The notes below the pieces were generated by a model that saw nothing but the letters and a program-made list of their open reading frames with translations, was not told the DNA's origin and made no database searches. Shown here in pieces: positions 55,582 through 64,000 of a stretch of 64,000 nucleotides of DNA; positions within the stretch are counted from its first letter, which is position 1; each line of letters begins with the position of its first letter. A program made the translations under genes and the position numbers. The DNA comes from Candidatus Rokuibacteriota bacterium (GTDB lineage: Bacteria > Methylomirabilota > Methylomirabilia > Rokubacteriales > CSP1-6), in the NCBI GenBank assembly GCA_003221695.1, contig QHSX01000047.1, positions 43,394 to 107,393 on the forward strand. The letters are read 5' to 3'.

Positions 55582-56745
55582 ATGACGCTCGACGTGCCGT
55601 TGCTCAGATCGGATACGCCAGGTGTGGCCAACGTTCTCCACTTCAACAACGCGGGCTCTGCCTTGCCGCCGCGTCCGGTCCTCGACGCGGTGACGAGCCA
55701 CCTGGCGCGCGAGGCTGCCATCGGCGGCTACGAGGCTGCGGCCGAAGCGGCCGATCGCATCGCGGACGTCTACGACGCCGTCGCCACGCTGATCGGTGCG
55801 CGCCCGGACGAGATCGCGGTCGTGGAAAACGCCACGCGCGCCTGGGACATGGCGTTCTACGCGGTTCCGTTCCGCGCGGGCGACCGCGTCATCACCGCGC
55901 GGGCCGAGTACCTGTCGAACTACCTCGCGTTCCTGCAGATGAAGGCGCGCGTGGGGATCGAGATCGACGTGGTCGACAGCGACGCGTCGGGGCAGCTCGA
56001 CCTCGCCGCGCTCGAGCGCGCGATCGGTCCGCGCACGAAGCTGATCGCGATCACGCACGTGCCCGGGAGAGGCGGGCTCGTCAATCCGGCGGCCGGCGTC
56101 GGCCGCATCGCCGCGCGCCACGGCATCCTCTATCTGCTCGACGCCTGCCAGTCGGTCGGCCAGCTCGCGGTCGATGTGCGTCAGATCGGCTGCCACATGC
56201 TCTCCGCCACGGGCCGCAAGTATCTGCGTGGGCCCCGTGGCACGGGCTTCCTCTACGTGCGGCGCGACACCATCGGGAAGCTCGAGCCGCCGTTCATCGA
56301 TCTCCACGCTGCCACGTGGACCGACGCCGACGCCTACGTCGTTCGTGACGACGCGCGCCGGTTCGAAAACTGGGAGCGATTCGTGGCCGGCCAGATCGGC
56401 CTGGGCGTCGCCGCCCGTTACGCGATGCGGGTGGGCATCGACGCGACCGAAGCACGGGTCAAAGCGCTCGCTACGCTGCTGCGGCGGGAGCTCGCGAAGC
56501 GCCCCGGCGTGAGCGTGCACGATCGCGGAGTGGAGCAGTGCGGGATCGTCGCCTTTCTCAAGGACGGCGAAGCGCCGGCCAAGACGCGCGACCGGCTGCG
56601 CGCCATGAACATCAACGCCCACGAGGCCCGCTTGTCGCGGATCGATCTGCCCGCCCGCGGAGTCGACGCGCTCGTCCGCGCCAGCGTGCACTACTACAAC
56701 GACGAGTCCGAGGTGGAACGCTTCGTTCAGGCAGTGGCGGGCTAG
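55582..56745 (+). CDS. class V aminotransferase / cysteine-desulfurase-like PLP enzyme
   Basis: [14 protein letters not shown], and the PLP-lysine context [20 protein letters not shown]. Confidence 0.85.
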   Translation: MTLDVPLLRSDTPGVANVLHFNNAGSALPPRPVLDAVTSHLAREAAIGGYEAAAEAADRIADVYDAVATLIGARPDEIAVVENATRAWDMAFYAVPFRAGDRVITARAEYLSNYLAFLQMKARVGIEIDVVDSDASGQLDLAALERAIGPRTKLIAITHVPGRGGLVNPAAGVGRIAARHGILYLLDACQSVGQLAVDVRQIGCHMLSATGRKYLRGPRGTGFLYVRRDTIGKLEPPFIDLHAATWTDADAYVVRDDARRFENWERFVAGQIGLGVAARYAMRVGIDATEARVKALATLLRRELAKRPGVSVHDRGVEQCGIVAFLKDGEAPAKTRDRLRAMNINAHEARLSRIDLPARGVDALVRASVHYYNDESEVERFVQAVAG

Positions 56746-56769
56746 ACGCTCTCGATACGATCCGGAGGT

Positions 56770-57140
56770 CGGCGACCTCGATGGCGAAGAGATGAGGGCG
56801 GGCGGCACGCCGAAGTGCCTCTTGAACGCAGTGGTGAACGCGGCGAAGTTCTCGTAGCCCACGAGGAGGCTGACGTCGCCGACGGCATGCGTGCCGGCCT
56901 CGAGCAGCCGTCGCGCCTCCTCCAGCCGTCTCGCCTTGGTCGCTCGGGTGTCTTCTCACACTGAATCGCAGAGGCGAGGATCTCGACGAGGAGCTGGCGC
57001 TCGAAGAAGACCAGCGTCTTGGCGCTCTCGCCCGTGAGACCACGCGCGCAAAGACGTACTCCTGGGCGAGCTGCTCGTTGGATGCGCGATACGTGCGTGG
57101 CGGACTCTCGGTCTGGTACACCGCCGGCGGAGATCGCACG
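56770..57140 (-). pseudogene. AraC-family HTH domain remnant (frameshifted, no sensor domain)
   Basis: Hand translation finds RRLEEARRLLEAGTHAVGDVSLLVGYENFAAFTTAFKRHFGVPP in one frame, with a TGA immediately upstream. Upstream HTH-like pieces (FARGLTGES, NEQLAQEYVF) lie in two other frames. There is no in-frame stop before the frame runs antisense through the aminotransferase gene. Confidence 0.5.
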
Positions 57141-57214
57141 CTACGGCCCGTCAGCGGACAGGACTCCGGGACATCACGATGCGCGGTGAACCGAACGGCC
57201 GCGTGGAGGGATCC

Positions 57215-57496
57215 ATGCCGAATACAGGGAGAGAGATGCGAGACGATCGGTTGATCGAGGTGGTCGAGCTGCTCGCGCGCGGCGCCTGGCAGGAGGCCCA
57301 TGGGATCGTCCAGCAGGACAAATCCCCGGAGGCCGCCTGGCTCCACGGCATCGTTCACACGCTTGAAGGCGATATCGAGAACGCTCGCCACTGGTATCGC
57401 GAGGCGAATCGGACCTTCCCAGGCGCGGAGGCGGTGCAAGGAGAAATCGCCACTGCCCGAGAGGTCCTCATGGCGAAGGATCGGCATGTCGAATAG
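57215..57496 (+). CDS. small conserved-looking hypothetical protein
   Basis: AWQEAHGIVQQDKSPEAAWLHGIVHTLEGDIENARHWYREANR resembles a widespread small-protein family as I recall it. The ATG at 57215 follows GGAGGG; an alternative ATG lies at 57236. Confidence 0.55.
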   Translation: MPNTGREMRDDRLIEVVELLARGAWQEAHGIVQQDKSPEAAWLHGIVHTLEGDIENARHWYREANRTFPGAEAVQGEIATAREVLMAKDRHVE

Positions 57497-58415
57497 ACAA
57501 CCTGTGGTGCCTCGTCACTTGGGTCCCGTGAATCTCCGGCGCGGCGCCACGAGATTCCGACCGTTGTCCGTGCGTGCCTACCTCCTTCACCTCACCCACT
57601 ACGACCCGTCGTGGTGCAGGCGCAAGGCGTGGGAGCGGCCATTCAGTTTACGACTCGCGCTCGAGATTGTTGACGCGATGGCCGCGGCTGGGTACACGAC
57701 GCTCGTGGTGGACTGCGAGGACGCGGTTCGGTACGAGTCGCATCCCGAGCTCGCACGGCCATACACGGTACCGATGCGGGACCTCGCGACCCTCGCACGG
57801 CACGCCCACCAGCGCCGCCTCGACGTCGTGCCGAAGATCAACTTCTCTCAGAGTCATTGGCATCATCACAACCACTGGTTTCGACCGCACCACCTGTTGT
57901 TCGACAACACCGAGTATTGGCGGCGCGCCTTCCGGATCATCGACGAACTGATTCGGACGTGCCGACCCCAGCGATACTTCCATGTCGGGATGGATGAAGA
58001 CCACGAGCGGTCCACGGTCCAGCACGTCCGTGCGATTCGAACGCTCCGAGACGGGTTGCGTCGCCGAGGACTGAAGGTAGTAATTTGGAACGACAGCGCG
58101 TATCCGATGGCCCGGAGGTGGGTGCACGCCGAGAAGAGCCTGCGGGCTGAGGCCGACCTGCCGCGCGACATTGTGCAAGTGCTGTGGGACTACGACCGGT
58201 TCCAGCCGCAGATCCTTCGGCGGCTGCGGCGGCGTGGGTTCGAGGTCTGGGCGGCGCCGGGCCGCGACGCCACCCAGATCGCTCGCTGGTACGACGCGGT
58301 GCGACGGGTCGGTGGCCGTGGGCTCCTCATCACGCTATGGGTTCCTTGCCGACCACGGAACCGGAGGCGCATTTTGGACCGCATCCAGCAGCTGCCCGCT
58401 GCCGCGCCATCATAG
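57486..58415 (+). CDS. hypothetical protein, possibly a TIM-barrel glycoside-hydrolase-like fold
   Basis: 309 aa. FHVGMDEDH resembles the GH20-type H.GGDE motif. There is a His-rich patch SQSHWHHHNHWFRPHH. The functional call is weak. Confidence 0.5.
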   Translation: MSNRQPVVPRHLGPVNLRRGATRFRPLSVRAYLLHLTHYDPSWCRRKAWERPFSLRLALEIVDAMAAAGYTTLVVDCEDAVRYESHPELARPYTVPMRDLATLARHAHQRRLDVVPKINFSQSHWHHHNHWFRPHHLLFDNTEYWRRAFRIIDELIRTCRPQRYFHVGMDEDHERSTVQHVRAIRTLRDGLRRRGLKVVIWNDSAYPMARRWVHAEKSLRAEADLPRDIVQVLWDYDRFQPQILRRLRRRGFEVWAAPGRDATQIARWYDAVRRVGGRGLLITLWVPCRPRNRRRILDRIQQLPAAAPS

Positions 58416-58525
58416 ACGGCCAAAGGCGTTCCGGCCTGTCAAGGCGCCTCGGCGCGCGTTCACTCTTGACACCGTCGCTCCGGCTCGATAAATGGGGCCC
58501 GTACGACCCTCGCCGAGAGGACTGG

Positions 58526-59629
58526 ATGACTGACGGTGTCTCCGCGGGTCACCTCGAGCTCGTCGGCCTCAGCCGACACTTCGGCGACACCCTGGCTGTC
58601 GACCGTGTCTCGCTCACGATCCTCGCCGGCGAGTTCGTGACGCTGCTCGGGCCGAGCGGCTCCGGGAAGACCACAACCCTCATGATGATCGCGGGATTCG
58701 TACGACCCAGCGCCGGCGAGATCCACTTGGCTGGCCGGCCAATTACCCGGACGCCCCCCTATCGACGGAACGTCGGGATGGTGTTCCAGAACTATGCCCT
58801 CTTCCCGCACATGACCGTCTTCAACAACGTCGCGTTCTCTCTCGAGATGCGCGGCATCCGCAAGCGTGAGATCGCCGGACGGGTTGGGGAGGCGCTCGAC
58901 CTGGTCAAGCTCGCCGGCTACGAGGGGCGCTTGCCGCGGCAGCTTTCGGGCGGCCAGCAGCAGCGCGTGGCCCTGGCCCGCGCCCTCGTCTTCAACCCGC
59001 CGGTGCTCCTCATGGACGAGCCGCTGGGCGCGCTGGACAAGAAGCTCCGGGAGCACATGCAGCTCGAGCTCAAGCGGCTTCAGGCCGCGCTGGGGCTCAC
59101 GGTCCTCTACGTCACCCACGACCAGGAGGAGGCCCTCGTGCTCTCCGACCGCATCGCGGTGATGAACCACGGCCGCATCGAGCAGTTCGGGCGGCCCCCC
59201 GAGCTCTATGAGACGCCGGCCAACGACTTCGTCGCCGCATTCATCGGCGAGTCGAACTTCTTCGAGGCCACGTTGGTGGACCGGCTGGACGCGCGCTGGG
59301 TGGCGGAGACTCCCAAGAAGCTTCGGTTCGTCGTGCCGGACCGTGACGGGCTCCGGCTGGGTCAGCATGTTCGATTGAGCCTCCGACCCGAGAAGGTGGC
59401 CGTGGAGCACGGAACGGGCTCCGACTACGCAGGGGTGGTGGAGGAAACGATCTACATCGGCGGCGTCACCAAGCTCATGGTCCGACTCGAGGACAGCGAT
59501 GAGACCGTGACCCTCGTCCGCCTCAACAGCACGGGGCTCCCGGCGATCCGGCGGGGCGACCAGGTGCGCCTGGGCTGGGATCCGGCAGACGTGAAGCTGC
59601 TCGCGTCACGCTCGGAGGAGACACGGTGA
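58526..59629 (+). CDS. ABC transporter ATP-binding protein, PotA/spermidine-putrescine type
   Basis: Walker [10 protein letters not shown], signature [15 protein letters not shown], Walker [12 protein letters not shown], and a C-terminal TOBE-like domain. Confidence 0.9.
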   Translation: MTDGVSAGHLELVGLSRHFGDTLAVDRVSLTILAGEFVTLLGPSGSGKTTTLMMIAGFVRPSAGEIHLAGRPITRTPPYRRNVGMVFQNYALFPHMTVFNNVAFSLEMRGIRKREIAGRVGEALDLVKLAGYEGRLPRQLSGGQQQRVALARALVFNPPVLLMDEPLGALDKKLREHMQLELKRLQAALGLTVLYVTHDQEEALVLSDRIAVMNHGRIEQFGRPPELYETPANDFVAAFIGESNFFEATLVDRLDARWVAETPKKLRFVVPDRDGLRLGQHVRLSLRPEKVAVEHGTGSDYAGVVEETIYIGGVTKLMVRLEDSDETVTLVRLNSTGLPAIRRGDQVRLGWDPADVKLLASRSEETR

Positions 59630-60540
59630 CGGCGATCAGCCGGGTGGCCGGATCCATCGTGGATGCGCGTCCCTGGATCCGCGCGTGGGAAGCCGTTGCC
59701 GAACGCGATGGCCTCCGGCGCCTTCTCCTCGTCCTGCCCACCTTGGTCGTCCTGCTCGTCCTGTTCGTGGCCCCGCTGACCGCCATCCTGCGCCTGAGCC
59801 TCCTGGATCCCGCGCCGACAGCCCGGCACTACCTCGAGGTCGTGACCAACCCGACGTACCTCCATGTGCTCGGCATCACCTTCGAGACGGCGGCCCTGGT
59901 CACCCTGCTGTGCCTCGCGCTGGGCTACCCGCTGGCCTACGTCATGGCCACCGTGCCCGGACGGCTGGCAGGCGTGCTCATCATCCTGGTTATCGTCCCG
60001 TTCTGGATCAGCGTGCTGGTGCGGACGTACGCCTGGATGGTGATGCTGGGACGGGGTGGACTGGTGAACACGCTGCTCCTCCGGCTGGGCGTCGTGGAGG
60101 AGCCGCTCAGGCTGATGCACAACTTCGTCGGGGTGCTGGTGGGCATGACGCACGTGCTCCTGCCCTTCGCGGTCCTACCCATGTACAGCGTGATGAAGAA
60201 CATCGACCGAGACCTCCTGCGCGCCGCCGAGAACCTGGGCGCCAACCGCTGGCAGTCCTTTCGCCGCGTGTTCTTCCCGCTGAGCTTGCTGGGGGTGGTG
60301 AGCGCCGCGGCGCTGGTCTTCGTCTCGGCCCTGGGCTTCTTCATCACGCCGGCGCTGCTGGGCGGTCCGCGCGACGTCTTGCTCTCGATGCTGATCGAGC
60401 GACAGGTCAACGACCTCACCAACTGGGGCTTCGGGTCCGCGCTGGCGGTGGTGCTGCTCGGGCTGACCCTGCTCGTCCTGATCGTCTTCCGGCGCTTCCT
60501 GGGGACCGCGGCCTGGGGCAGCGTGGTGGAGGGCCGGTGA
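59626..60540 (+). CDS. ABC transporter permease (PotB-like)
   Basis: The GTG start forms a GTGA overlap with the ATPase stop. Loop RAAENLGANRWQSFRRVFFPL. Confidence 0.85.
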   Translation: MTAISRVAGSIVDARPWIRAWEAVAERDGLRRLLLVLPTLVVLLVLFVAPLTAILRLSLLDPAPTARHYLEVVTNPTYLHVLGITFETAALVTLLCLALGYPLAYVMATVPGRLAGVLIILVIVPFWISVLVRTYAWMVMLGRGGLVNTLLLRLGVVEEPLRLMHNFVGVLVGMTHVLLPFAVLPMYSVMKNIDRDLLRAAENLGANRWQSFRRVFFPLSLLGVVSAAALVFVSALGFFITPALLGGPRDVLLSMLIERQVNDLTNWGFGSALAVVLLGLTLLVLIVFRRFLGTAAWGSVVEGR

Positions 60541-61415
60541 ACGGGTGGCGCGACGGGCGGGCCGGGCCGGGCGACTGGGACATCGCGAGGCTCGCCCTCT
60601 ACACGCTGACGGGCTTGATTCTCCTCTTCCTTCTCCTGCCCATGTTCGTGATCGTCCCCATCTCCTTCAGCTCGGCCAAGTTTCTGACCTTCCCCCCGCC
60701 CGGCTGGTCGCTCCAGTGGTACGAGAAGTACTTCACGAGCCCGGCCTGGCTCGCCGCCACCTGGCTGAGTGTCCGCGTAGCGGCGCTGACCATGGTGCTG
60801 GCCACCGGGCTCGGCACGCTGGCCGCCCTCGGCCTCGCGCGCGGACGCTTCCGCGGCCGGGGCCTGCTCTACGGGCTCGTGCTCTCGCCCATGATCATCC
60901 CGGTCATCATCACGGCCATCGCAATCTACTTCCTCTTCGCCCGCTGGGAGCTCACCGGGACGCTGGCCGGCCTGGCGCTCGCCCACACGGTGCTCGCCAT
61001 TCCGGTCGTGGTCGTCATCGTATCGGCCACGCTGCAGGGGGTGGACCCCAACCTGGAACACGCAGCCATGAACTTGGGCGCCAACCGGCTCCGGACCTTC
61101 TGGCGAGTCACCCTGCCGATCATCCGGCCCGGCGTCATCTCCGCCGCGATCTTCGCCTTCATCGTGTCGTTTGACGAGGTCATCATTGCGATGTTCCTCT
61201 CGAGCCCCACCACCGCGACGCTTCCCAAACAGATGTGGGACGGGATCCGCCAGGAGATCGATCCGACTATCGCCGCCGTGTCGACCCTGGTGATCGTCGG
61301 CTCGGTCGCCCTGCTTCTGCTGGCCGAGGTGCTGCGCGGCCAGGCCCAGCGCCTGGTGGGCGGCCCGGGGAGCCGCGGCGGTCAGGAGCCTCGCGCAAAG
61401 GAGGACAGCCCATGA
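60537..61415 (+). CDS. ABC transporter permease (PotC-like)
   Basis: The GTG at 60537 forms a GTGA overlap. Loop HAAMNLGANRLRTFWRVTLPII. Confidence 0.85.
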   Translation: MNGWRDGRAGPGDWDIARLALYTLTGLILLFLLLPMFVIVPISFSSAKFLTFPPPGWSLQWYEKYFTSPAWLAATWLSVRVAALTMVLATGLGTLAALGLARGRFRGRGLLYGLVLSPMIIPVIITAIAIYFLFARWELTGTLAGLALAHTVLAIPVVVVIVSATLQGVDPNLEHAAMNLGANRLRTFWRVTLPIIRPGVISAAIFAFIVSFDEVIIAMFLSSPTTATLPKQMWDGIRQEIDPTIAAVSTLVIVGSVALLLLAEVLRGQAQRLVGGPGSRGGQEPRAKEDSP

Positions 61416-62509
61416 CTCCCACAGCCACCCCGCGAACCGTCTCGCGACGGGACTTCCTCAAGGCCACCGCGGCGAGCCTCGGTAGCGCGCTCGCCCCTCG
61501 GGTCTTCGTGCCCCACCTGGCCCACGCCGCCAGGCACCAGATCGTCGTCTGCTCCTGGGGCGGCTCCTATCAGGATTCGCAACGCGAGGCGTTCTTCAAG
61601 CCCTTCGAGAAGGAAACGGGCATCCGCGTGGTCGACACGTCCCAGCCGGACGTAGCCAAGATGAAAGCCATGGTGGACAGCGGCAACGTCGAGTGGGACG
61701 TGGTGACCACCGGGCTCGCAACCGTCTACCAGCTCCAGGCGCAGGGGGACTACTTCCACCCGCTGGACTACAACATGATCGACCCCAAGGCCCTCAACGG
61801 CGTGCACGCCTCCCAGCGGGACAGGTACGGGCTGGGCACGATCTACTATTCCATGAACATTTCATTCCGGACCGACGTGTACCCGAAGGGCAAGCATCCC
61901 CGGTCCATGCCCGAGTTCTGGGACGTGAAGAAGTTCCCCGGGGGCCGCACGCTGGCCAACGTCAGCGGCCTCTTTATGACGCTGGAGCATGGCCTCCTGG
62001 CCGACGGCGTGCCGTTCGATAAGATCTACCCCATCGACATCGATCGCGCCTTCGCGAGTCTCGACCGCGTCAAGCCCCAGGTGGTGAAGTGGTGGTCGCC
62101 GGGTGCGCTGCCCATCCAGATGCTCGCCGACAAGGAGGTGAACCTGGCGATCGCCTACAGCGGCCGGATCCAGAAGATCCGCGAGGAGGGGGTGTCGGTG
62201 GACCTAGAGTGGAACCACGGGACGATCAGCTCCGACTTCTGGGTCATCCCCCGCGGGACGAAGAACTTCGAGGGCGCCATGAAGTTTGTCGCGTTCTGTA
62301 TGCGTCCTGATCGGCAGGCGCACTTGACCCGGCTCATCCACTACGGACCGACGAACCAGGACGCGTTCCAGTTCATCCCGGCGGAGCGTGCCGCCCTGCT
62401 CCCGAGCGCGCCGCAGAATTTCGAGAAGATGCTGCTGGCGGACGTCAAGTGGTGGGCACAGCACCGGCCCGAGGTGATCAAGCGCTTCGACGCCTGGATC
62501 TTGAAGTAG
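61412..62509 (+). CDS. ABC transporter substrate-binding protein (PotD/PotF-like), Tat signal
   Basis: ATGA overlap with the permease stop. Tat signal VSRRDFLKATAASLGSALA, then VVCSWGGSYQD. Confidence 0.85.
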   Translation: MTPTATPRTVSRRDFLKATAASLGSALAPRVFVPHLAHAARHQIVVCSWGGSYQDSQREAFFKPFEKETGIRVVDTSQPDVAKMKAMVDSGNVEWDVVTTGLATVYQLQAQGDYFHPLDYNMIDPKALNGVHASQRDRYGLGTIYYSMNISFRTDVYPKGKHPRSMPEFWDVKKFPGGRTLANVSGLFMTLEHGLLADGVPFDKIYPIDIDRAFASLDRVKPQVVKWWSPGALPIQMLADKEVNLAIAYSGRIQKIREEGVSVDLEWNHGTISSDFWVIPRGTKNFEGAMKFVAFCMRPDRQAHLTRLIHYGPTNQDAFQFIPAERAALLPSAPQNFEKMLLADVKWWAQHRPEVIKRFDAWILK

Positions 62510-62547
62510 CGCACCGGGGCGGTTCTGAGCCGGAGGAGGAGGTTGCC

Positions 62548-64000
62548 ATGATCGCGATCGGCAGCGAGAAGCAGGCCGCGCTCGACTGGGTCGAGGCGAA
62601 CCGGAAGCGGTTGTCCCAGTTCCATCAACAGATCTGGCACTACGCCGAGACGGCCTTCCGTGAATATCGATCGGCGCGCGCCTACTGTGAGCTCTTGCGG
62701 GCCGAGGGGTTCCAGGTGGAGGAAGGCTCGGCCGGGATGCCGACGGCGTTCCTGGCGACGTTCGGCGAGGGCCGGCCCGTCCTGGGAACGTACGCCGAGT
62801 ACGACGCCGTGCCAGAGAACTCCCAGCAGCCGGTTCCGTACCGGGCGCCGCGCGAGGGGCTGCACCCCTGGGCCCCCGGTCACACCGACCCCCACTCGGC
62901 CCTCGGTGTCGCGGCGCTCGCCGGTGTGCTGGGGGCCAAGGCCGCCATGGCGCGTCACGGCCTGCGCGGCACCCTGCGCTTCTTCGGGGAGCCAGCGGAG
63001 AAGGTCTGCGGCTCGAAGCCCGTGCATGCCGCCAAGGGGTACTATGACGGGGCCGACGCCTACATCTCCTACCATCCAGGCGCGACAAGCACGACCGTCT
63101 GGGATACCCATTGCGGCGCCTACTGGAGCGCGGTTTTTACCTTCGAGTGCCTGGACCCGGAGACCTGGATCGACCAGTCGCTCCTGCCCTTTCCGGGGCG
63201 CGCCCACGCCGGGGCCCGGTGCCCGGCGGCGCTGGACGCCGTGTGCCTCATGTACACCACGACGAAATACACGAAGGAGGCGATGTTCCCCCATGCCGGG
63301 ACCTGGACGCTCAACGAATTCATCCTGGTGGGCGGCCAGTGCACCTCCGACAATCTCCCGCCGCGTCTGGCGCAGATCCAGTACGCCTGGCGCGCGCCGA
63401 CGCTCGGGATCCAGGAGCAGATTGCCCGGGTGCTCGAGAAGAACGCGCAGCACGCGGCCGAGAGCACGGGATGCCGGCTCTCGAGCCGCTGGGTCACCAA
63501 GACGCGCGTCGGTCTCGCGAACCACGTGCTGGCCGATCTGACTTACCGCAACCTGGAGCTCGTGGGGCCGCCCGTTCCCGGCGAGGAGGCGCGTGCCTTC
63601 GCGCGGGAGATCCAGAAGAACCTCGGGCTCCAGCCGATGTCGGACCCCTTCGACGACGTCAGTCAGCGGCTCGTGACCCCCGAGGAGCACGAGGCCCAGC
63701 TCCGCCGCAACCTCCCCGGCTGGCAGCTCAACTTCACCTCCGACGACTACGTCGAGTACACCTGGCACGCGCCGACCGTGCGGCTCTTCACCGGTCGGCC
63801 GACCCTCCGGCCGCCGGCGCCGGGATACCAGTACCCCGCGTGGGCGCGGAACGCGCTGGGCGGCGTGCCGGGCTGCATCGACCCCATGACGTTCGTCGCT
63901 GGCAAGACCATCGCGGCCACGCTGATCGACCTGCTGACGCGCCCCGAGGATCTCGCCCGGGCTCGGGCGGAGTTCGAGGAGCGCACAGGCGGAGGCGTCG
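62548..64000 (+). CDS. M20-family amidohydrolase (AbgB / aminobenzoyl-glutamate hydrolase subunit B-like); 3' end runs off the window
   Basis: Absent from the ORF track because it has no stop in the window. The ATG at 62548 follows GGAGGAGGAGG. Hand translation: MIAIGSEKQAALDWVEANRKRLSQFHQQIWHYAETAFREYRSARAYCELLRAEGFQVEEGSAGMPTAFLATFGEGRPVLGTYAEYDAVPENSQQ, matching the AbgB-type N-terminus as I recall it. Confidence 0.75.
   Translation, partial: MIAIGSEKQAALDWVEANRKRLSQFHQQIWHYAETAFREYRSARAYCELLRAEGFQVEEGSAGMPTAFLATFGEGRPVLGTYAEYDAVPENSQQPVPYRAPREGLHPWAPGHTDPHSALGVAALAGVLGAKAAMARHGLRGTLRFFGEPAEKVCGSKPVHAAKGYYDGADAYISYHPGATSTTVWDTHCGAYWSAVFTFECLDPETWIDQSLLPFPGRAHAGARCPAALDAVCLMYTTTKYTKEAMFPHAGTWTLNEFILVGGQCTSDNLPPRLAQIQYAWRAPTLGIQEQIARVLEKNAQHAAESTGCRLSSRWVTKTRVGLANHVLADLTYRNLELVGPPVPGEEARAFAREIQKNLGLQPMSDPFDDVSQRLVTPEEHEAQLRRNLPGWQLNFTSDDYVEYTWHAPTVRLFTGRPTLRPPAPGYQYPAWARNALGGVPGCIDPMTFVAGKTIAATLIDLLTRPEDLARARAEFEERTGGGV

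Noticed and set aside
54147-56862. 524-aa and 484-aa minus-strand ORFs
   Set aside because: The first is an alternative frame of the amidohydrolase gene. The second is antisense to the class V aminotransferase, and only its extreme N-terminus (the AraC HTH remnant) looks like real protein sequence.

Overview
This is a 64-kb high-GC bacterial chromosomal segment (GC judged by eye at roughly two-thirds, not computed), densely packed with about 65 coding regions. I recognised no rRNA, tRNA, CRISPR array, transposase, integrase or phage gene. The high GC creates many long antisense or out-of-frame ORFs in the six-frame track. I resolved these by family motifs, signal peptides, Shine-Dalgarno sequences and 4-nt start/stop overlaps. 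Two real genes that run off the window edges (1..1507 minus, 62548..64000 plus) are missing from the track and were found by hand translation.

Most of the content is solute uptake and small-molecule catabolism:
- ABC and TRAP transport: a LivKHMGF-type branched-chain amino-acid ABC system, a sugar ABC system, a PotABCD-like ABC system, a mixed DppC/SBP cluster and a TRAP DctPQM system.
- Efflux: an RND pump, plus MATE and MFS exporters.
- Enzymes: an IorAB-like molybdenum hydroxylase with a small dihaem partner, several amidohydrolases, alpha/beta hydrolases, VOC and SDR proteins.

This gene mix resembles soil Rokubacteria/Methylomirabilota- or Deltaproteobacteria-like genomes, but that is a low-confidence inference.

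The regions most worth follow-up:
1. 10354..12856: a five-gene operon of unrecognisable secreted and membrane proteins, with the last three gene junctions translationally coupled.
2. 16038..24371: an orphan ExeA/GspA-GspB pair with no other type II secretion genes nearby, a divergently transcribed membrane protein with a degenerate GGDEF domain, a Cys-rich zinc-ribbon mini-protein, and a 1277-aa secreted protein with two FG-GAP propellers separated by four near-identical about 300-bp repeats arranged ABAB.
3. 46232..46276: a candidate 14-codon leader ORF containing a perfect 19-nt palindrome, with its stop overlapping the start of the RND adaptor gene.

Two gene remnants (an SDR N-terminal fragment and a frameshifted AraC HTH) and lower-GC patches suggest past rearrangement or acquisition. 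All functional calls come from motif recognition by eye. No database search was run.
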